From assembly GCF_006345805.1 (NCBI RefSeq), contig NW_021829406.1, forward strand, positions 1 through 6,234: a stretch of 6,234 nt of DNA, in the 5' to 3' direction. The stretch comes from Octopus sinensis. Lineage: Eukaryota. A program made the translations under genes and the position numbers. A model generated the notes under the pieces. The model had not been told where the DNA came from and did no database searches. It saw only the letters and a list, made by a program, of their open reading frames with translations. Shown here in pieces: positions 1 to 6,078 of this stretch (positions are counted from its first letter, which is position 1; each line of letters opens with the position of its first letter).

Positions 1-3
1 AAT

Positions 4-126
4 ATGAAAGAATTTTACCTCGGATACTCCAGCAATAACATCCCCACGTCATCCAACGAACTATACACCCGTATGCAGCTGGAAAAGCTATTGGACGGGA
101 TTAGGCGTATGAGGTGAACGGCTTTT
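4..126 (+). mobile_element. Decayed N-terminal ORF fragment of a Penelope-like retroelement (putative)
   Basis: Translates MKEFYLGYSSNNIPTSSNELYTRMQLEKLLDGIRRMR*TAF. This resembles the recalled N-terminal motif LGYSxKNIPxP...LIEK...IRRMRWKAF of invertebrate Penelope-like ORFs, with TGA (115-117) at the Trp position. Recognised from memory, not from a search. Confidence 0.5.
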
Positions 127-420
127 CCACCCTCCATATTTGGAAGAGGTCTTAGGCCACAGGTTTTGGGGTCTAATGATACGCCCTGAAGCTAAATCCT
201 TTTTGGACCGGAAACCAAGGGTAATCCCGGAAACCGGCCTTCCCCAGTTTTAAAATATACACTGCTCTGCATCTAGAGTGTGCTTCTTCTCCGGATTTAT
301 CTTTTCTACAATCAAAACATATATATACATAGATATGTCATTATTCAGTTTATTTCCAGATATTCTATTTTTCACTTTACGTCAACATCCGCTGGACAGC
401 TAAACTATGCACAGTTTCTC

Positions 421-568
421 TATGTATGTATGTATGTATGTATGTATGTATGTATGTATGTATGTATGTGTGTGGTGTGTGTGTGTGTGTGTATGTGTGT
501 GTGTGCGTGTGTGTGTGTGTGTACGCACGTCTGTCTGTATGTCTGCACACACACACATACACACACAC
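421..568. repeat. Compound microsatellite (TATG)12 + interrupted (TG)n + (CA)n
   Basis: Read directly: TATG x12 at 421-468, TG tract to about 521, CA tract 546-568. Confidence 0.97.
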
Positions 569-775
569 GTTATGATATAATTTTCACTTAGTCTACCTCA
601 GGAATTTCACGGTTTTTTGAGTTTTATTACAAATGGGGGATTGGGAAATGGAGTATTGACCCATTTTGCATCGGACACTTGTGGGTTGGATACTGTATAA
701 TTGGATGTGTTGCATCTTCCGGTGCAGATGCATATCATCTGGTGTCTTGTTTTACAGAGGAAACCTCACAAAATA

Positions 776-877
776 TTCTCGGTTTCGCTTGGCATGATGT
801 TGCCAGGAGGTTGTTGGCTATAATGCTATAATCCAAGAACCTACTTACAACAACAACATACCAAGCGACACCGAGAA
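776..877. repeat. Long imperfect inverted repeat (hairpin)
   Basis: 776-802 matches the reverse complement of 851-877 at 24/27 positions. 805-817 matches 833-845 at 11/13. TATA (819-822) and TATA (827-830) close an ATGC loop. Confidence 0.9.
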
Positions 878-1012
878 CTTTCCCACCTGCAAGGAATCGA
901 TGCAACACGGGTCAAACCAATGGTTGTGATGGATAAATTTTCTCGTGAACTTCATTTTACATATTCCTCATTCAACATATATATTTATATATCCAACAGT
1001 AATGTATATAAA

Positions 1013-1077
1013 TCTCTCCCTCTCTCTCTCTCTCACTATATATATACATATATAATATATATATATATATATATATA

Positions 1078-1118
<41 letters not shown>

Positions 1119-1154
1119 TCGAGTGTGTCTCTGTGTATGTGTGTGTGAGCGTGT
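1013..1154. repeat. Compound microsatellite (TC)n/(TA)n/(TG)n
   Basis: Read directly: TC tract about 1013-1034, TA tract about 1037-1118, TG-rich to about 1154. Confidence 0.95.
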
Positions 1155-1552
1155 ATTAATTTCATGGTGGTGGACACTAATCACCTCAACAGTTTTATGA
1201 ACCTCTTATTAATTATAGCAACATCAAAAGTATACTTTCGAAATTTTAATTCTTCTTTACTAGTCTTGATCTGTTAATCATGTGTTCACTCGTGTTCAGC
1301 TCCCCTAAAACTTACTATAGTTAGGAAGAAAGGTAGATTAAGCTGAAACAATCTATTTAGGACATCTTTATCCTGTCTAGAACACATTCTCATAGCAACA
1401 TCTAGAGGATCTTACGAAGGTTGATTTTACGGGCAAACATCAAATGTACATGATCAGTTTGATCAAGTATACAGTAGAAGACAATAATGACACATTGATA
1501 TCCATCCTGATTTTCATGTAAATTTTCATTTTCTATTTTTACTTCCACAAAG

Positions 1553-1762
1553 GGTTCTGTTCAGTTGGATATTCAAAACAATCAGAAAAGGACACCATTG
1601 CTTGAAGCCGTTTCCCAGGGTCACCTCGGAATGACACACCTGTTAATAGCCCTGGGTGCAGGCATAAATGCTGTTGATGGTGAAGGTAACAGCTGTTTGC
1701 ACCTAGCCATGGCAACAGAAGTGTTTAATTCCGAGGATGCACCCTTGGATTTACTAAACGAA
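1553..1762 (+). CDS. MIB2: Internal coding exon (phase 0/0) of a Mind bomb-like E3 ubiquitin ligase; ankyrin repeats
   Basis: The pyrimidine tract ends in AG at 1551-1552 and the donor GTAAGT starts at 1763. The exon translates GSVQLDIQNNQKRTPLLEAVSQGHLGMTHLLIALGAGINAVDGEGNSCLHLAMATEVFNSEDAPLDLLNE, with ankyrin TPL/LH motifs collinear with the late ankyrin repeats of MIB1/MIB2 as recalled. An in-frame alternative AG lies at 1563-1564. Orthology versus paralogy cannot be resolved here. Confidence 0.88.
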
Positions 1763-1780
1763 GTAAGTTTTAAAATTGTT

Positions 1781-1917
1781 TGTGTATATACATGCGTGTG
1801 TGTCGTGTGTGTGTTGTCTGTGTGTGTCTGTGTGTGTGAGTGTGTGTGTGTCTGTGTGATTTTGTATATTTGGGAGTCTTTGTGGGAGTGTGAGAGAGAG
1901 AGACAGGCAGACAGACA
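1781..1917. repeat. Interrupted (TG)n tract followed by (GA)n/(GACA)n
   Basis: TG-rich at 1781-1858, starting 18 nt after the donor at 1763. GA/GACA repeats at about 1892-1917. Confidence 0.93.
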
Positions 1918-2397
1918 AACTTTGCTTGTCATGTATCAATTCTCCCCTATCAACCCCATCCTCCATTACCATTCCGTAATCCAGTCTCCCCTTATGACCC
2001 GAGTGAAATTATGTAACAAACAATATTCCATCTCCTTTCACTCTCAAAGATGTCGTCTCACCACGGTCGAGAGGTGACCCATCTCGGTTGTTGGCCATCA
2101 CAATGTGACGGAGAAGTGGCCTATTTAATAGAGGAGATATTATTCTCAATTAACAATGATGCAGGATAGAAGAGATGTCTGAGCTTTATAGTGCTGGTGC
2201 CATGGTAAAGACATCCAGTCCATTCTATGAAGAATTCTGAGTGAAACTGCTCTCTATCCTACTTCTTGTACACGACATGAATCCACTGACTTCTTGTGGA
2301 CATGTCATAACATTGTTCAATGTTAAGACACTAGAGGATAAATGCAATAAAGCATGGTCCTTAGTGAGTTTTCCAGTATTTAAGTTCTGTACTTAGG

Positions 2398-2409
2398 CAC
2401 ACACACACA

Positions 2410-2458
<49 letters not shown>

Positions 2459-2485
2459 ACACACTCACACAGACAAACACACACA
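2398..2485. repeat. (CA)n microsatellite
   Basis: An 88-nt CA tract with a few interruptions, read directly. Confidence 0.97.
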
Positions 2486-2603
2486 AGTAATGATTTTGAG
2501 TTTGAGTATATATCTTGTAAAATGCTGTTTAAAGCCCGTTTACTGTATTCGGCTATCTGATGTCATCAACAGTATGGACTTCAATACTACTGGACTTTTT
2601 GCT

Positions 2604-2808
2604 GTCATCTCATAAATGAATCAGTTTTTTATAATCCTTATATTTCTCAAAATTAAGATAAACAAAGTACTTTTTTCTGTTAATCTAAAACATATTCTCC
2701 TTCATTGTCTACAATGCTCTTCCATCTATCTGGTAGACTTGCAAATCGCCTCTTCCAAAATTCACTTGTCCGTGATTAAAAATACTCCTCCATTACTCTT
2801 CTGACTTG
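2604..2808 (-). mobile_element. Mariner transposon 3' remnant (transposase C-terminus and degenerate terminal inverted repeat)
   Basis: Minus strand 2808-2680 translates QVRRVMEEYF*SRTSEFWKRRFASLPDRWKSIVDNEGEYVLD*. This matches the mariner C-terminal motif FFxSKxxEFYxxGIxxLPxRWxxVVDNxGxY. GTCATCTCATAAATGAATCAGTTTTTT (2604-2630) resembles a recalled mariner TIR. An internal stop lies at 2776-2778. Confidence 0.8.
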
Positions 2809-2839
2809 ACACTAATTCCTGCTTCCTTTACTTTACCGT

Positions 2840-3170
2840 AATCATTCAAAGATGCTTCTTGCTTAATTATGGAAACATTATTGATATGTTTGGTCATGTC
2901 TGTGTGGTATTGACTTTGTTATGTTATAGGTGTTTTTGTTTCTGATATAACTTATGTTCTTTCTTCTCATGTTGTGTTATATTTATATATACAATACTCT
3001 TTCTTATGGCCACATGGTCGCCTTTATCAAGCCAATTATATAGATAGGTTCTTGTTGGTTTGTTCTTCCTATATTTGATTTTTCTATTGAATATATTGTG
3101 ATATTTGTGATTGACAAGTAAATATTTACTCATTAATTAACAATAAGCTTGATGTTAATCAATACGGTTT
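2840..3170 (-). mobile_element. Highly decayed C-terminal fragment (post-RT linker and GIY-YIG region) of a Penelope-like retroelement (putative)
   Basis: The minus strand gives NHKYHNIFNR (3112-3083, compare HKLHKIFNRN), SIVY (2998-2987), a frameshifted YIR (2949-2941, AGA is one base from GGA for YIG) and LSKKHL* (2866-2846, compare LSKHIW). The motifs are in the expected order, with an apparent deletion and frameshifts. Recognised from memory. Confidence 0.45.
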
Positions 3171-3411
3171 GTCCTGCTCAATGTAATGACAATATATTTA
3201 GAGGGTGTCTCAGTGTTGAAAATAAAGTAAAAACATGAAAATGGGAAATGGACTCAATTAAAGATTATGTAGGAACTCAATACTTTGTAATTGCTTTAAT
3301 TAGTGGATAAACAAGCTATGAGTAAATTTAGATGAACCTTTGTGTAATTAGGGGCATTTGTTTTGAATATTTGTGTAATATTGTCATCATTTTATATTTC
3401 ATCATTTGTAG

Positions 3412-3587
3412 TGCTGCACTTCCCTTAACCTGAAAATAGAAGAAAGGCTCTCTGGTATAGTGGTTGCGAGATATCTCGCCAGCCAGGGAGCGGACTTTCA
3501 CCATAAAAACAACAAAAATAACACACCATTGGACCTCATTAAGGACCCAAATTTGAGAAAAAAATTAGAAACATTTTTACCACCACA
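3412..3587 (+). CDS. MIB2: Internal coding exon (phase 0/2) of the MIB2-like ligase; last ankyrin repeat
   Basis: Acceptor TTTGTAG ends at 3411 and donor GTAAGT starts at 3588. The exon translates CCTSLNLKIEERLSGIVVARYLASQGADFHHKNNKNNTPLDLIKDPNLRKKLETFLPP+CA. This matches the MIB motif xxAxFLAxxGADxxxxNxxxxSPLDLxxDPNL. The exon is absent from the ORF track and its phase fits both neighbours. Confidence 0.9.
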
Positions 3588-4400
3588 GTAAGTATTTCCT
3601 GGCAATGGAACAGATAAACCAGTACATTTTCTATTTTGTATATAATCATGTTTATTTCGTTTTGATTCTACCCATACATTATACTGGCGCTAGTGTTTTT
3701 GTCAAAGGCCACACAATAAACAATATGCAGTTGTCAGGAGATCAAAGAAACAACACGATTTTGATTACATTCACATGATTCGTAGTGTTGCCAGTTATAC
3801 TTCACTGTTCACCCCCAACCTACCCCTCTTCGTTCCCTATTTTAAAGATTTGTGATCAATAGGAAAATATAGATCTAAATAATGAAGTGAATGAATTCCA
3901 TTTTGAAACTATTACTTAGAATTAAGTGGAATTTATCTGTCTACCAACATCTTTTTCTCACTCTTCTAAGTCCGAATCAGTCAATATTAAGAATGATTTC
4001 ATAGAAAATTAACCTACAAACACACACCAACAGTGTATATATTATATTTCTGCAAATACTGATGGAATATTGCCACATAGCTTCATAGAAAAAAAAAGCT
4101 GTCAGGAAACGTAAATAATTCAAGTAACACATATACCATTACTAGGTGCTTTAGTCGCCTTTGACTCCCTTATTTTATAAGATTTGGCAATTTCTTTGCC
4201 ATACATCTCTCTGTATGAGCTACTTAAGAAGCAGGCACATTTCCCCCTAAGTGAATATACAAAACTTTCTTTGTTGAAATTCAGATATTGTTTATAGATA
4301 TTGATTTTTGGACTGTATAAATATTGTTCTGCTTTATTCAATTGACACACTTCAGAAGATTTTATTTGCTTTTACAAATAATCGTTTATGTGAATGTTTT

Positions 4401-4442
4401 AATAATAATAATAATAATAATAATAACGATAATAATAATAAT
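4401..4442. repeat. (AAT)n microsatellite, possibly the tail of a minus-strand retroposon
   Basis: About 14 AAT units with one ACG interruption, read directly. Confidence 0.95.
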
Positions 4443-4671
4443 ATGTCTACAGAGCGCAGCTGATATTATTGGAAAGGGGCAAAATAAGGGACAGAAAACT
4501 AGAACTACATGCACGATACATATAATAAAGCCTCCCAAAATCATGGTGGAAAATATCTCATCAGCATTGCCCAAATGATGTTGGCATCAGCTTTAAGATA
4601 TACCCAAGGCCTGGGCCCCGTATTATCTGCCCACAACATGAATCAAACTCGCATCATAACAAACAATACTA

Positions 4672-4802
4672 CTGCTGGAGCCTCGTGGAGCTTTTAGATG
4701 TTTTCGCTCAATAACACCCCACAACGCCAAGTCTGGGAATCGAAAACGTGATCCTACACCGCGAGTCCGCTGCCCTAACCGCTGGGCCATTGTACCTCCC
4801 AC
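4672..4802 (-). mobile_element. tRNA-derived SINE, 5' head and start of body
   Basis: The minus strand reads GGAGGTACAATGGCCCAGCGGTTAGGGCAGCGGACTCGCGGTGTAGGATCACGTTTTCGATTCCCAGACTTGGCGTTGTGGGG..., with A box TGGCCCAGCGG (4789-4779) and B-box-like GTTTTCGATTCCC (4747-4735). There is no acceptor stem or CCA, so it is not a tRNA gene. It resembles a recalled octopus SINE. Confidence 0.85.
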
Positions 4803-4846
4803 ATAATTATATATATATATATATATAATATTATATATATATATAT

Positions 4847-4877
<31 letters not shown>

Positions 4878-4932
4878 ATATATAAGATATTATATATATA
4901 TATATATAATGCGCCTCCACATATATATATAT
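4803..4932. repeat. Interrupted (TA)n microsatellite
   Basis: Read directly. It contains a non-repeat island TGCGCCTCCAC at 4910-4920. Confidence 0.95.
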
Positions 4933-4941
4933 GATAGATAT

Positions 4942-5000
4942 ATCATCATCATCATCATCATCGTTTAACATCCGTTTTCCGTGATAGCACGGGCTGGACG
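4942..5000 (-). mobile_element. 5'-truncated 3' terminus of a LINE or LINE-tailed SINE (probably RTE-type) with a (GAT)7 tail
   Basis: The minus strand reads CGTCCAGCCCGTGCTATCACGGAAAACGGATGTTAAAC(GAT)7, which is a stem-loop followed by a short-unit tail. It resembles a recalled, abundant octopus retroposon 3' end. The RTE assignment is inference. Confidence 0.65.
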
Positions 5001-5012
5001 AAAATATATATA

Positions 5013-5200
5013 AGTAATATTCGTAGGCACGCCAACATGAGTATCTGTTCGGATGGACTCTACTGCGAATGTTTAACCCCAAGAGAACACCTCCTCTAGC
5101 TAATTAACAATGCAAAGGTGCATCCGATTAATTGCGAGCAGGGGATCGAACCCCTACCATCTTATAGCAACAGAACCAGCAGACCAGGTCTGGTTTCGGG
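5013..5200 (-). mobile_element. Second, older tRNA-derived SINE-like element (boundaries uncertain)
   Basis: A canonical B box and T-arm GGGGTTCGATCCCC lies on the minus strand (5154-5141), inside a GC-richer island. No convincing A box was found. Confidence 0.4.
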
Positions 5201-5420
5201 CTATTCCTGCCACTCTTCAGTACTGGACACCTCATCTGCTAATCTGTGGAGACAGGATGTATATAATAAAGTATGTGTATATAAAGAAACCTCTGTAGAT
5301 ATATTTGTTCAGAAGAAATGAGTTCGATGTTAGAAGTGAAATATATTTCTGGAATATATGCAGTTCACTGTGTGTCAACCAATTTCTATGATGTATCAGG
5401 TCAAGACAAACATTTATCAA

Positions 5421-5459
5421 TGTATGTATGCATGTGTGTGTATGTATGTGTGTGTGTGT
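5421..5459. repeat. (TATG)n/(TG)n microsatellite
   Basis: Read directly. Confidence 0.9.
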
Positions 5460-5638
5460 TTCTGCGTCATTTAACTACACAAAATGCTGTATGTATGTAA
5501 TTGTTCAAAGAAGAGTTTCTGCTCTACTCTTGGTAGTTACTGATGTATCTTATAATATTCTCTATTCCGAACATGTAAATAATATAATATTTGTTATAAA
5601 TGAATGTTATTGATTGGATGTTTCTGTTTTGTCCACAG

Positions 5639-5778
5639 ATGTTTGTTGTGCAGAAATAAAACGGCCACAACAAAAGTTCATCCCTGTGAACACCTTCTGA
5701 CATGTGAAGAATGTTCAAACGTTCCACTTAAACGATGCCTGAGGTGTTTGAAACCTGTAACAAGCAGAGGTCGAGTTG
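5639..5778 (+). CDS. MIB2: Coding exon (phase 2/1) of the MIB2-like ligase; C3HC4 RING finger
   Basis: Acceptor TTTTGTCCACAG ends at 5638 and donor GTAAGA starts at 5779. The split codon CA+A gives Gln, then CLLCRNKTATTKVHPCEHLLTCEECSNVPLKRCLRCLKPVTSRGRV+G. Spacing C-x2-C-x11-C-x-H-x3-C-x2-C-x7-C-x2-C is the MIB/IAP-type RING with all 8 zinc ligands present. Confidence 0.92.
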
Positions 5779-6072
5779 GTAAGAATATTCTTTGCTGATC
5801 TGTCTGTTTGTCCTGCTTGTCCCATTGCCCTTATTGTGTAGAATAATATACTTCATGTTGTTATGTAGACAGAGGTCTGCCATAATCTGGCAGATTTATG
5901 ATAAAAGGTGTTCCTAGTGTCTGTTCTCTGTAATAGTATATCTCTCACACTACATCCACTAAACATTGACCTTATCCAAGTAGGAAACATGTCACACTTC
6001 AAGAGGGTTGTAGTCTGCAACATAAAGATAATGGACGATTCTGCAAGATAATTAGTGAGTAACTGAAGTATC

Positions 6073-6078
6073 AATAAA
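6073..6078 (+). promoter_or_regulatory. Candidate polyadenylation signal AATAAA
   Basis: The hexamer lies 275 nt after the in-frame TGA (5796-5798) reached if donor 5779 is not used. AATAAA is common by chance in AT-rich DNA. Confidence 0.15.

Noticed and set aside
115-117. In-frame TGA as possible selenocysteine or read-through codon in the Penelope-like frame
   Set aside because: It falls where Trp (TGG) is expected, more stops follow within about 25 codons, and simple G>A decay explains it.
280-591. ORFs 280-591 (+) and 377-568 (-), and similar ORFs at 968-1177, 1621-1932, 1754-1972, 4324-4578, 4386-4574, 4846-5082, 5318-5613
   Set aside because: They are translations of TATG/TG/CA/TA/AAT microsatellites (CVCV, HTHT, YIYI, IIII runs) with no domain signal.
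745-830. Strong acceptor-like TCTTGTTTTACAG as an upstream coding exon
   Set aside because: All three frames after 757 close within about 25 codons, with no ankyrin similarity and no good donor.
1763-2077. C-terminal 104 codons of the 170-aa ORF 1565-2077
   Set aside because: Ankyrin similarity stops exactly at a consensus GTAAGT donor. The remainder is intronic TG/GA repeat.
2216-2249. Type III hammerhead-like string CAGTC-ATTCT/AGAAT-CTGAGT-GAAACTG
   Set aside because: There is no stem II and the core is not CUGANGA. Probably chance.
3683-3795. ACTGGC...GCCAGT as hAT-like terminal inverted repeats
   Set aside because: Only a 6-bp match with no target-site duplication evident.
3951-4004. 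Pyrimidine tract plus TAAG (3970) as the missing linker exon
   Set aside because: In the required phase it hits TAG after 10 codons and no donor is present. It cannot be supported without RNA data.
4120-4350. Minus-strand 76-aa ORF, and likewise 2616-2804, 4509-4697, 5110-5420, 5524-5727, 5853-6074
   Set aside because: No recognisable domain or splice support. They are short ORFs expected by chance, or overlap repeats or the antisense of exons.
4735-4799. Functional tRNA gene
   Set aside because: A and B boxes are present, but there is no acceptor stem or complete cloverleaf, and it continues into a SINE body.
5876-5894. Perfect 7-bp hairpin TCTGCCA-TAATC-TGGCAGA
   Set aside because: Short and isolated, so expected by chance in 6 kb. 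Bacterial terminator logic does not apply to this eukaryotic locus.
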